This document shows positions 9,224 through 18,610 of a stretch of 64,000 nt of DNA, piece by piece. Made by a program: the position numbers and the translations under genes. Position 1 is the stretch's first letter, and each line of letters opens with the position of its first letter. Location: positions 1 through 64,000 of the forward strand of contig JARRRI010000006.1 of NCBI GenBank assembly GCA_037380845.1, read 5' to 3'. The notes under the pieces are model-generated. The model was not told where the DNA came from. It saw nothing but the letters and a program-made list of their open reading frames with translations, and ran no database searches. Origin of the DNA: Candidatus Sulfobium sp. Its GTDB lineage: Bacteria > Nitrospirota > Thermodesulfovibrionia > Thermodesulfovibrionales > UBA6898.

Positions 9224-9967
9224 ATGAAATTCATATGGATGGCAGTTCTGGCTGTTGTGCTTATAGCAGGGCAGGCCTTCGCGGCTGATCAGGTAACTCT
9301 GAAGACGCAGAAGGACAAAGTCAGCTACATAATCGGTCTGAATATCGGAAAGAACATGAAGAGACAGTCGGTCGATATCGACCCGGATCTCCTCCTGAAA
9401 GGGCTGAAGGACGGTCTGAGCGGCAGTAAGCCCGTTCTGAGCGATGACGAGATGCGTGAGGTCATGACTGCCTTCAACCAGGAAATGAAGAAGAAACATG
9501 ACGAAGAGGTAAAGAAGCTCACTGAAAAGAACAAGAAGGAAGGCGAAAAATTCCTTGCCGAGAACAAGAAGAAAGAAGGGGTGGTGACCCTGCCGAGCGG
9601 ATTACAGTATAAAATTATAACCAAGGGGAAGGGGAAGTCTCCGACGATCAACGATGTTGTAACCGTGAATTACCGCGGTACCCTGATCGACGGGACGGAG
9701 TTTGACAGTTCTTACAAGCGTGGCAAGCCCGCGACCTTCCCTGTCAAGGGTGTCATAAAGGGATGGACTGAGGCGCTGCAGTTAATGAAGCCGGGTGCAA
9801 AGTGGATGTTGTACATTCCTCCCGATCTTGCCTATGGCGCGAGAGGGGCGGGCAATGTAATCGGCCCGGACTCGACTCTGATCTTCGAAGTCGAACTGCT
9901 ATCGGTGAAAGAGCCGGGGGAGGGCGGGGCGAGCCCGCACGGCGGCATGCACGGAAAGACAAAGTAA
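9224..9967 (+). CDS. FKBP-type peptidyl-prolyl isomerase (Mip/FkpA-like)
   Basis: Signal peptide (AFA|A), KVSYIIG dimerisation domain, GTEFDSSY, VIKGWTEAL, LAYG. Confidence 0.95.
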   Translation: MKFIWMAVLAVVLIAGQAFAADQVTLKTQKDKVSYIIGLNIGKNMKRQSVDIDPDLLLKGLKDGLSGSKPVLSDDEMREVMTAFNQEMKKKHDEEVKKLTEKNKKEGEKFLAENKKKEGVVTLPSGLQYKIITKGKGKSPTINDVVTVNYRGTLIDGTEFDSSYKRGKPATFPVKGVIKGWTEALQLMKPGAKWMLYIPPDLAYGARGAGNVIGPDSTLIFEVELLSVKEPGEGGASPHGGMHGKTK

Positions 9968-10041
9968 CAAAAATAAGACAGCGCAGGCCCGCGGAGAAGG
10001 CAGCTTGTCCCTCCTCCCCGGAAGAAGCGCCCTCTCAGCAC

Positions 10042-10072
10042 AAAAAAGAACTCCCCCCTTTATGGGGGGAGT
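10042..10072 (-). terminator. Rho-independent terminator between convergent genes
   Basis: Perfect 9-bp stem ACTCCCCCC/GGGGGGAGT with an A-run on the left (U-tail on the minus strand). Confidence 0.6.
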
Positions 10073-10121
10073 GTTGTGAGAAGACCTGCGAAGATATTAA
10101 ATTTCAGAAACGGTCGGGCTG

Positions 10122-10412
10122 CTATGTTCTGAAGTGGGATTCCAGTTCACTGTATGAGTTCGACAGTTCGCTCATCGCTTTTTCCATCCCGGCCTTGTAG
10201 TCTTCCCAGTGGGCGTCTCCGTATTCCCTGATTTCCTGGAGCTTCTGCCTGGCCAGTTCATGGAGGGCCATCAGGTCTTCAACCTGTTCGTAATATTGAG
10301 TTTCGATTCCTGTATTCACGTTCTTTGTCCTGTCTTTTAACTTCCCGATCTCATCAGCCCACTTGGCAAGTTCTGTTTCAATCTTTTGAAAATAGGCTTC
10401 TTTTCCTTCCAT
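10122..10412 (-). CDS. Small coiled-coil protein (Sll1863-like stress protein)
   Basis: KEAYFQKIETELAKW...HWEDYKAGMEKA pattern; GGAGG RBS. Confidence 0.7.
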   Translation of the reverse strand: MEGKEAYFQKIETELAKWADEIGKLKDRTKNVNTGIETQYYEQVEDLMALHELARQKLQEIREYGDAHWEDYKAGMEKAMSELSNSYSELESHFRT

Positions 10413-10630
10413 TCCTTACCTCCTCCCTCTGATAATCTGCTCTGATAAAAGTATAAGCTCTTTTGATTGAAAAAAGAAGAGCGTTCAGCCGTTATTTGCC
10501 TCATTTCCCAATAGTAAGTGCTGAAAAAGTATTTTCGGGTCCTTTTCCGTCATTCCCCCAGGTCGCCTTTGGCGCCGCCAACGGCGGGTAAACTTCGCGG
10601 GAATACGAACCCGGCCCTTTCAGCGACGTG

Positions 10631-11659
10631 CTAGAGCGTCTCCCAGTATTTCGGCGGCATGTCCTTTGCGAGTTTCAGAGCACCGTCGGAACCGGCAAAC
10701 AGCGGATCTTCCACGCAGGTTACCTTGCAGGGACCATATTCCTTGAGCGCATCCTGAAGATAGCCTGCTACACCCTTTATAAGGCTTCCCCCGCCCGCGA
10801 GTACGATATTGTTTTTGATCTTCACCTGGAACTCCGGATCGAACTTGGCGATCATCTCGGTCGTGGTCTCGACCAGTGCCGGAAGGATACTCTCGCAGGC
10901 ACGCTGTATCTCGTTCCTGATGTCGTGCATGACCGGCTTTCCCGAAACCGGGATCTCGACCTGGATCTCCTCGGCCGCCTCACGCACAAAGCTGTATTTC
11001 TCTTTGAACTGGCGCACCATGTTCCTGTTAAATTTGGCGTTGGGATATTTTTCGTTCAGGTAGCTGAAGAGCTGCTCGTCTATATAATCGCCTGCGGTGA
11101 GTATTGTCTTCTGGTCTTCCTCTGCGGGTATCGTGCCGTGCATGATGCAGAAATCAGTCGTGCCTGCACCTATGTCGATCACCATGGAGTTGTTAAGGAG
11201 ATTCATTCCGTAAGCTACCGCAAAGGGTTCGGTCACGACCATGAGGGAATGGACAAATTCCGCCACCGCCTTCCGGATAGCAAGTTTGTTGACTTTCAGA
11301 CTGTCCGAGGGCACTCCCACTACGGCGTATATCCTCTGGTCGTCCGACGGCTCAGCCAGCTCGATAAGATGCCTGATGATCTCCTTTACGGCGTCTTCGC
11401 TCCTGTCGATTCCCTCCTTGATTATGCCGTGTTCCAGCGGCTTGCAGAGATCAAGAGAAAGCCTGTTTTCGAGGGCCTCGGAACCGAAGAGGACGGGTTT
11501 GCCCACGACCTGCTGCGCGATAAAGTCCTTCGGCCAGCCCACAAAGCTCTCTATCCACTCCCGTTTGTCGTTGCTCGCCGAAATGGAACTCCTCGACGTC
11601 CCCAGGTCGATGCCTACAAAGAGGATGTTGTCATCTTTTCGCGTATCCGGCTTTGTCAT
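10631..11659 (-). CDS. mamK: MamK-like actin ATPase
   Basis: GIDLGTS, VGWPKD, VTEPFAVAYG, IDIGAGTTDF, LAGGGS and the MPPKYW end follow recalled MamK rather than MreB; AAGGAG RBS. Confidence 0.85.
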   Translation of the reverse strand: MTKPDTRKDDNILFVGIDLGTSRSSISASNDKREWIESFVGWPKDFIAQQVVGKPVLFGSEALENRLSLDLCKPLEHGIIKEGIDRSEDAVKEIIRHLIELAEPSDDQRIYAVVGVPSDSLKVNKLAIRKAVAEFVHSLMVVTEPFAVAYGMNLLNNSMVIDIGAGTTDFCIMHGTIPAEEDQKTILTAGDYIDEQLFSYLNEKYPNAKFNRNMVRQFKEKYSFVREAAEEIQVEIPVSGKPVMHDIRNEIQRACESILPALVETTTEMIAKFDPEFQVKIKNNIVLAGGGSLIKGVAGYLQDALKEYGPCKVTCVEDPLFAGSDGALKLAKDMPPKYWETL

Positions 11660-12707
11660 AATAATTGTCTCCTTTGTTCAAATAATCGAGTATGCCCGCT
11701 TCGAGGTAATGAGCGATGTTTTCCCTGTGGCGTTCCGTATTAAGCCGTCTTTCTTCAGCCCTGTTGCTGAGACACGACACTTCTGCAAGCACTGCCGGCA
11801 CATCAGAGCCGAGCAGTACGACAAAAGGCGCCCTCTTGACGCCATAGTCATATGCAATCCCGTTTTCCTTCTTTATGTTGATAAAAAGTTCCTTCTGGAT
11901 CGAAGAGGCAAGTTCCCTCGATTCCTGAAGCTTCATCGTTTCGCCGAGTTTTGCGATGATTTCCCTGAAATCGCTCATCCCGTAATTTGACCCTGCATTT
12001 TCCTTTTCCGCGAGTTTGAGGGCTTTGTCGTCGGAGGACGGGCCGAAATAGTAGGTTTCGATGAGGTTTATAGGCTTGGAGGGTACGTAGTTGAGATGTA
12101 TGGAGACGAAAAGGTCCGCCTTCTCCATGCGCGCCATCTTTACCCTCTCGTTGAGCGGCACGGTTATGTCACGATCGCGGGTCATGAGCACCTTATAACG
12201 ACCGTCTTTCTCCAGGAGGCCTTTCAGCCTTTCTGCAATGTCCAGGGTGAGGTCCTTTTCCCTCGTACCGAGCTCGCCCGTTGTCCCACGGTCAACACCG
12301 CCGTGCCCCGCATCTATCATTATCCTCTTGACCCCCAGTCCGAATATGTTGCTGATAGGCATTCCAGGCTCGTGCATTATCGCCTTGAAACCCGAAACAT
12401 CCGGATAATGGAGGAGCGGCGACCTGACTACGGTCGCCGGGATGGGTTGTCGCGCCGTGATTCCCGCCGACACCTGGCTTTCAGAGGTAAATGGGGCCGA
12501 TCTGTACTGAAAATGCAGGAAGATCGCTATTGCCGTAACCATCAAAGACAGGAATAACTTTCTGAGATAAAAGGGTCTGCGCCTGGAGAGGACGCTCCCC
12601 CGCCTCCCCAGTATTTTCAGGTTTTCTTCGTATACGCCCCTGAGAATGGACTGTCTGGTCCTGCTTTCTCTCTTGAGGGAGAAGGGTGATATCATAACGG
12701 TTAACAC
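11631..12707 (-). CDS. Membrane-anchored N-acetylmuramoyl-L-alanine amidase (Amidase_3)
   Basis: DAGHGG, EKDLTL, SIHLN and LAEVS Zn/catalytic residues; N-terminal TM. Start uncertain (12707 or 12695). Confidence 0.9.
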   Translation of the reverse strand: MLTVMISPFSLKRESRTRQSILRGVYEENLKILGRRGSVLSRRRPFYLRKLFLSLMVTAIAIFLHFQYRSAPFTSESQVSAGITARQPIPATVVRSPLLHYPDVSGFKAIMHEPGMPISNIFGLGVKRIMIDAGHGGVDRGTTGELGTREKDLTLDIAERLKGLLEKDGRYKVLMTRDRDITVPLNERVKMARMEKADLFVSIHLNYVPSKPINLIETYYFGPSSDDKALKLAEKENAGSNYGMSDFREIIAKLGETMKLQESRELASSIQKELFINIKKENGIAYDYGVKRAPFVVLLGSDVPAVLAEVSCLSNRAEERRLNTERHRENIAHYLEAGILDYLNKGDNYYDKAGYAKR

Positions 12708-13373
12708 ACTTTAACAATTTAACGGAAAAAATTCAATGCTGGATTTATCCCTAAAAATCATCGGCTTTCCCCTTCCGGCCTTATAAGGAACATTAACCCA
12801 AATGCAGGGATAGGTCAGACAGGGGATAAAGGAGCTGCTCCGCTGCCCAGCCGGTCGCTGGATTCAGTGCGGGAACATTTAATGCCAAGAGAAACCTCAA
12901 TACTGTAGCAGAAATGTCACAGGGTTGATTACAGGAAGGAAGGTTGTGACAGATCATTCCACCTTCTGGACCTACACTGGGCCCCGTAACTGATTTCAGA
13001 AAAGGCCGCGGGCAGCGAATGCCTCCTTTTTTCGACTCCTTCCTGTAATCTTGCTCCGTGATGCACTTTGACAAAATGAGGGTTTGTAGTGCAATGAAAC
13101 GATCCTTTTAATTCAGCTCGGGTCATCCTACTCATGCCACCTGAAATAATTGATGACAGTTTTCATTCTCCGCGGTACATTTTGAGTATGATGAGCTCCA
13201 TTTATTGTGTACCTTCGTTCAGGAAATGCGAGGGCGAAAAAGGTCTAAATGAGGGAAAATGAAATCCATTGCGAGGAGGCTCATAGTCCTTTCCTTTGTT
13301 CGTTTTTTTGCTGGGATCCGATGCACGGTCAGGCGGACATCGATCATGATGCGAAAGAAGGAGGTGCGACAAA

Positions 13374-14270
13374 GTGAGAACATGGCCTGTGAATCTTCGA
13401 GCACCGAATATCGATAAGACTGCTATCAGTCCCTACGACCGTTATTGTGACGGTTATGCCCGTCCAGGTGCGGATGGGAATGGCTATGTATCCGTGGTGA
13501 AGGTCGGTACCGGCACCGTCGTAAAGACTGATGATTTCCTGCTGGATGGTGTACTCGCCTATGACCGGGCCGAGGCCAGCGATGCCTACATTGGACAGAT
13601 CAACATGCAGACCGCCTCATCATTCTGTGGAATTGCCGGCCAGGTTTGGGGTTATGACCTGGCCACAGCGGACGTCATTGCAAGGGGAGAGCAGAAATCG
13701 ATTCTGGAGGTTAAGCAGTATGACTGCTCCGCTCTACCCGTTTATGACGCGCAGCCTTTGATCGACGCGGGCATAGCGCTTTTCGGCACTGAGAAGAACC
13801 GCCGTTTCCCACCGGCTCCGGGTGCCCACGTGCTATGCGCCAATAAGAGCGTGACTGCTCTGCGGCCCAAGGAGGGACCGCTGCAGAAGGGCCAGGCATG
13901 CGGCGTCTGGTGCTCTATCGCTCTTTCCATCGGCAGGGACCGCGATAATGCCGCGGATCTGTTCATCGAGGATGGCGGTTTCTGGACCCAAAACGACAAC
14001 CCGAACGACCTCAAGGCCTTTGTGGAAAAGCACCGTGAGGCGCTGGTATGGTCGGTTGTTGCCTGCGGCAAGTACCAGAACGTGCTCTATGACCGCACTT
14101 ACATCAGCTTTGCTTATACCATCATGAAGCCCGGTGAGGTGGGTACGGCACTCGCCGTCGCGCCATATATAACCCTGGCGCGTGATGCTGTCCCTTCAGG
14201 GGGCTTCAGCAGCCTCAACCGCATGACTCTCTCCGAATGGGCCAGAGAGATGGGGTTTGAGAAAGGCTAA
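13374..14270 (+). CDS. hdcA: Pyruvoyl-dependent histidine decarboxylase proenzyme
   Basis: DKTAISPYDRYCDGY, YDRAE, GQINMQTAS|SFCG self-cleavage site, LFIED; AAGGAGGT RBS before the GTG start. Confidence 0.9.
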   Translation: MRTWPVNLRAPNIDKTAISPYDRYCDGYARPGADGNGYVSVVKVGTGTVVKTDDFLLDGVLAYDRAEASDAYIGQINMQTASSFCGIAGQVWGYDLATADVIARGEQKSILEVKQYDCSALPVYDAQPLIDAGIALFGTEKNRRFPPAPGAHVLCANKSVTALRPKEGPLQKGQACGVWCSIALSIGRDRDNAADLFIEDGGFWTQNDNPNDLKAFVEKHREALVWSVVACGKYQNVLYDRTYISFAYTIMKPGEVGTALAVAPYITLARDAVPSGGFSSLNRMTLSEWAREMGFEKG

Positions 14271-14595
14271 AGTCCGCATGGCCAGCGAAGCACCTGACTC
14301 CTCAATGCATGGGAGGTCGGTCCGCCATACCGATCAGTTATCAGTCAGACACCGCATCGAGGGCATACACAGAACCCGGTATCTGCGCGACTATAACCGG
14401 TTTTCGGGTATCACTGCACCGCCGACATAACGGCATTAAAGAATATGGGTTACAGGCCCAAACGGTCAGTCGGTTAAAGCCCGGTTTTGATCGCGAGTCC
14501 CTTCTTGCCGCATCAATCATCCCCATAGTGTATTCGCATCCCTGCTTGCGTTTGTCGATGTATATGCTAATGTGTTCGTAGGGGGTGCGAAAAAA

Positions 14596-15489
14596 ATGAA
14601 AATTCTGCTTGCAACCGACGGTTCCGAATATTCGGAAAGGGCGGCGCGGTTTCTTGCCCGGCTCCGGCTTTCCTCCGAAGATGAAATAGCCGTTCTTCAC
14701 GTGGTGAGCTGGGTTCCTTTCAACTATGACGCCGAAGCCTATCACGAAAGTCTCAAGCATATAAGGATGGAGATTGCCCCGAAGATTCTGGACTCGACCA
14801 TTGAGCTATTGGGACCGGTGAAAGCACGGATAAGCACTGAAATTATCGACGGCGCGCCGGAGAGGTATATCATCGAAGCAGCACGCAATTACGGAGCCGG
14901 TATGATCGTTATGGGGGCGAAAGGTATTAAGGGTATCAAGTCCTTAATCGTCGGTAGCGTCACCAAGGCGGTTGCACTGAGTTCCCCCATTCCCGTTCTT
15001 GTCATAAAGCAACCGGTGGGTGGGGACGCTGCGCTGCGTATCCTGTTTGCTACCGACGGCTCCGATTATTCCATCGAAGCTGCACGTTTTCTCGCCCGCA
15101 TCCCTTTTCCGGAGGACACTGAGCTGACCGTCATGAACGCGATCTGGTCGGACTTTTCCGACATACCCGAAAGGTTCGTGATGGAAGTCGACGACCGGAT
15201 AAAAGGGGCTGTGGCCGAGAAGAGATCGGGCGAGATTGCCGAATCGGAAAGTATACTGAAGGACGCGCAGATATTGCTGGAGGACAGGTTCGGAAAAGTT
15301 AAAAAGCTGTCGAAGATCGGCGACCCATCCCTTGAGATCCTGAACACGGCCGAATCTTTGAAAAGCGATATAATCGCGGTCGGCTGCAGGGGCATGAAGG
15401 GCATAAAGGGCGTGATGGGAAGCGTATCGAGAAACGTACTGAATCATGCGGCATGTTCCGTCTTCATAGGGAAGACCTGCCGGGAGTAG
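14596..15489 (+). CDS. Tandem universal stress protein
   Basis: Two ILxATDGS domains, each with a G-x-x-G...GSV motif. Confidence 0.93.
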   Translation: MKILLATDGSEYSERAARFLARLRLSSEDEIAVLHVVSWVPFNYDAEAYHESLKHIRMEIAPKILDSTIELLGPVKARISTEIIDGAPERYIIEAARNYGAGMIVMGAKGIKGIKSLIVGSVTKAVALSSPIPVLVIKQPVGGDAALRILFATDGSDYSIEAARFLARIPFPEDTELTVMNAIWSDFSDIPERFVMEVDDRIKGAVAEKRSGEIAESESILKDAQILLEDRFGKVKKLSKIGDPSLEILNTAESLKSDIIAVGCRGMKGIKGVMGSVSRNVLNHAACSVFIGKTCRE

Positions 15490-15511
15490 TCAGAGACACA
15501 TAAAGTCCTGT

Positions 15512-18500
15512 TTACGTCTGCTGCTTTGTTTCTGAATCATCGGAGTGTCTCCCGAATCGTCCAAACCGCAATGCCAGAGAGGGAAGGACCAGGAGGTTCA
15601 GCGCCGTTGACGTAACGAGGCCGCCCAGTATGATCTGGGCCATGGGACCTTCTATCTCGCGTCCCGCTGCTCCGCTTCCAAGGGCAAGCGGCAGGAGGCC
15701 AAGCGCCGTAACGGTCGCCGTCATCAGTATCGGGGCGAGCCGCTCCGATGCGCCCCGGACTGCGGTCTCCGGTCCCCAGTCCATTCCTTCGACGTCGACC
15801 AGGTGCTCATAATGGGATATTAGCATGACGGAATTCCGGAGCGTTATCCCGAAAAGGGTCACGAAGCCCACGATTGAGCCTATGGAAAGCACCCCTCCTG
15901 CGGCGAAGGCCACGAAAACGCCGCCGGCCAGGGCAAAAGGCAGGTTAAGAAGTATCAACAAGAGGTTCCTGTAGCTAACGGTCACTATCGAAAGGAGGAT
16001 GATTATTCCCAGGGCCGCGATGGCCGAATGAACCAGGAGGTCTCTTCTTGTGCGGGCCTGCTCCTTTGCGGCACCCGCAATATTGAGATACGTGCCCGCC
16101 GGCAGGTGAAGGCGGGAAACCATCTCCTTCTGAACCTCTGCCACAAAGGAGCCGAGGCTTCTGCCCCGTACCTTGCATGTGATCGTCTGGACACGTCTTG
16201 CGCCCTCGTGCAATATAATAAACCTTGCCGGCATCTCGCGCAGGTTCGCCAGCTGCGAAAGGCTTACGTATGCGCCCTCCGGGTTCCTGAGAGGCAGGTT
16301 TGCCACGTCCGTTATGCTCTTTCTGTTTTTGGGATCGACTATGACCGATACGTTAAAAGCCCTGTTGCCTTGAAATACCTGTCCTACCTTCTTTCCCGCA
16401 AAGGCCGTGTGAATGTCGTCAAGGACCGCCGCGGGCTCAAAACCCCAGCGAGCAAGAGCCCCCTTATCGAGCGTTGCCAGAAGTTCGGGGGCTGAGGGCG
16501 GCGCCTGGAGTCTCACGTCGGCTGCGCCGCGGATGCCGCTTAATATGGCCTCAGCCTCAGCCGCCTTCCTGTCGAGCACGGATAGGTCGTTGCCGTAAAT
16601 GTTTACGGCGACAGGCGCCCTGAAGCCAGAGATGGTCTCATTTATCCTCTCCGTAAGAAAAGTGTCTATTTCGGAGGCCATACCTGGGAATCCAGCTATG
16701 ATGCCTCTTATCTGCCTTCTTGCCCGGTCGAACCCCGATTTGCCGAGAGGCTTCAGCGTAAGATCGAATTCGCCTTCGTTCGCGCCCCTGGCCTCGTCGC
16801 CTTCTATCGTCCTGCCCGCCATCTGGGCGGCGGACCGCACATAGGGGAGCGCCGTCAGCTTGTCCTCCAAAAGGGCCCCGGTCCGCAGGGTCTCCTTAAG
16901 CGAAGTGCCAGGGGCGGTGGTTGTGTGTATTATGAAATTTCCTTCGATCAGCTCCGGCATAAAACGGCCCTCGAGGAACGGAAAGATGACAAGCGTGGCC
17001 GCGATGAGCACGCCAGCCGCCGCCATGACCGATTTCGGCCTTCTTTCTACGGCAAGTATTATCCTCACGTAGTGCCCCTTAATCCAGCGGGCCACGGGCG
17101 GCTCCTCCGCAGGCAGCTCCCCTTTGCCCAGCATCAGGAGCGACAGGGCGGGCGTTACCGTGAGGGCGACCAGAAGCGCAAAGAACCTGCCCGATATCCC
17201 TGTCATGGTGAGCACCGGGATAAAGACCAGCACGACGGCGAATGTGGCGTACACAACGGCGCTCCTCACTTCCACGCTGGCCTTATACACCACCTGCAGC
17301 GCCGGAAGGGGCTCTTTCGCCAGGCGGTTTTCCCTCAGCCGCCTTAATATGTTCTCCACGTCTATAACGGCGTCGTCGACGACCTCTCCTATTGCGATTG
17401 CGAGCCCTCCGATGGTCATGGTGTTTAAGCTCAGGCCGAAATGCTCAAGCACCGTCACCGACCCCAGCAGTGATAGCGGAATGGCGGCGCAGGAAATGGC
17501 AGCAGTCCTCAGATTGAACAGGTAAAGCAAGAGGACGATTACTACAAGAAGCGCACCGATGATGAGGGAGAAGTTAATATTATGGAGCGCGGCTTCTATG
17601 AAGTCCGCTGCCCGGAAGAGCCCTGGATATATAGTTATACCCTGCTCTTCAAGGGTCGGACGGAGTTCCGCAATAGCCTTGTCCAGGCCGCGGGTCACAT
17701 CCAGTGTGTTTGCGCCGTATTGGGCCCAGACCACCAGGAGCGTTCCGGGCTTGCCGTTTATCGTCGCACCGCCGATCCGGGGTGCCGGGGCCTCCGCCAC
17801 ATGGGCGACGTCTCCTAAAACCACGTTTGCCCCTTTTCCATGCTTCAGGACCGCCCCGGCAAGCTCCCCGGCCGTAAGTGACTGCCCCGCGCTCCTGACG
17901 GTTATTCTCTGGTTGGTCCCGTCAATGAATCCCGCACCTTTAACTCCGGTCCCTTTTTTAGCGGCTGATATCACGTCTTCGAGGGAAAGGCCGTACTTTA
18001 TCAGCCTTTCGGGGATGACCTGAATCTGCAGCTCTTTTTCGCCGCCTCCGTATATGTTCACCTGGGCGACGCCGGATACTGCCAGCAAACGCTGCCTGAC
18101 CGTCCAGTCGGCCACGGTTCTTAACTGCATTTGTGAGAGTTTCGTTGAAGTCAGACCGATTTCGATTACGTTTCCAGTGGAGGACGTAAGCGGTTTCATC
18201 TCCGGCGTCACCCCCTCCGGGAGCGCGCCTGTGAGAGTGGAAAGCCGCTCTGCTATCTTCTGCCTGGCAAGGTATACGTCCGTGCCGCTTTTGAACCTGA
18301 CCGTGACGACCGACAGACCCTGCATCGATCTTGACAGGATTGAGGCCAGCCCGCCCAGGCCGGTTACGGCGATTTCCACCGGGCGGGTAATGAGTTCCTC
18401 GGTCTGCTCCGGCGAAAAACCGGGCGCCTCGGAGTTTACCGTTACCTCGGGAGGAGCAAACTCCGGAAAAACGTCATATCTGGCGCCGGTGAGAGAATAG

Positions 18501-18610
18501 ATGCTGTAAACCAGAAACAGCAGGGCAAGAGCTATGATTATACCCCGGCGGCGCAGGGCAAACCGGACGATCGTTCCCAATATGCCGTGGTGCCCGCTCC
18601 CGGCACTCAA
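15512..18610 (-). CDS. CusA/CzcA-family RND permease
   Basis: DVFPEFAPP, GEVVDDAVIDVEN, ERLAPILMTA; apparent short in-frame deletion near 17175. Confidence 0.92.
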   Translation of the reverse strand: MSAGSGHHGILGTIVRFALRRRGIIIALALLFLVYSIYSLTGARYDVFPEFAPPEVTVNSEAPGFSPEQTEELITRPVEIAVTGLGGLASILSRSMQGLSVVTVRFKSGTDVYLARQKIAERLSTLTGALPEGVTPEMKPLTSSTGNVIEIGLTSTKLSQMQLRTVADWTVRQRLLAVSGVAQVNIYGGGEKELQIQVIPERLIKYGLSLEDVISAAKKGTGVKGAGFIDGTNQRITVRSAGQSLTAGELAGAVLKHGKGANVVLGDVAHVAEAPAPRIGGATINGKPGTLLVVWAQYGANTLDVTRGLDKAIAELRPTLEEQGITIYPGLFRAADFIEAALHNINFSLIIGALLVVIVLLLYLFNLRTAAISCAAIPLSLLGSVTVLEHFGLSLNTMTIGGLAIAIGEVVDDAVIDVENILRRLRENRLAKEPLPALQVVYKASVEVRSAVVYATFAVVLVFIPVLTMTGISGRFFALLVALTVTPALSLLMLGKGELPAEEPPVARWIKGHYVRIILAVERRPKSVMAAAGVLIAATLVIFPFLEGRFMPELIEGNFIIHTTTAPGTSLKETLRTGALLEDKLTALPYVRSAAQMAGRTIEGDEARGANEGEFDLTLKPLGKSGFDRARRQIRGIIAGFPGMASEIDTFLTERINETISGFRAPVAVNIYGNDLSVLDRKAAEAEAILSGIRGAADVRLQAPPSAPELLATLDKGALARWGFEPAAVLDDIHTAFAGKKVGQVFQGNRAFNVSVIVDPKNRKSITDVANLPLRNPEGAYVSLSQLANLREMPARFIILHEGARRVQTITCKVRGRSLGSFVAEVQKEMVSRLHLPAGTYLNIAGAAKEQARTRRDLLVHSAIAALGIIILLSIVTVSYRNLLLILLNLPFALAGGVFVAFAAGGVLSIGSIVGFVTLFGITLRNSVMLISHYEHLVDVEGMDWGPETAVRGASERLAPILMTATVTALGLLPLALGSGAAGREIEGPMAQIILGGLVTSTALNLLVLPSLALRFGRFGRHSDDSETKQQT

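Noticed and set aside
10631..11659. Magnetosome gene island
   Set aside because: No other mam/mad/man genes are recognisable in the window
12730..12880. Possible c-di-AMP (ydaO) riboswitch on the minus strand upstream of the amidase (CUGAAUCC...GCGGAG...UGGGUUAAU)
   Set aside because: The conserved 3' half (CCCGAAxCCGxCAGCUAAC) is absent. An Infernal scan with the ydaO model would settle it.
13259..13417. Short signal-peptide-like ORF (MKSIARRLIVLSF) before hdcA
   Set aside because: Fusing it to hdcA needs a frameshift with no independent support, and hdcA has its own strong RBS
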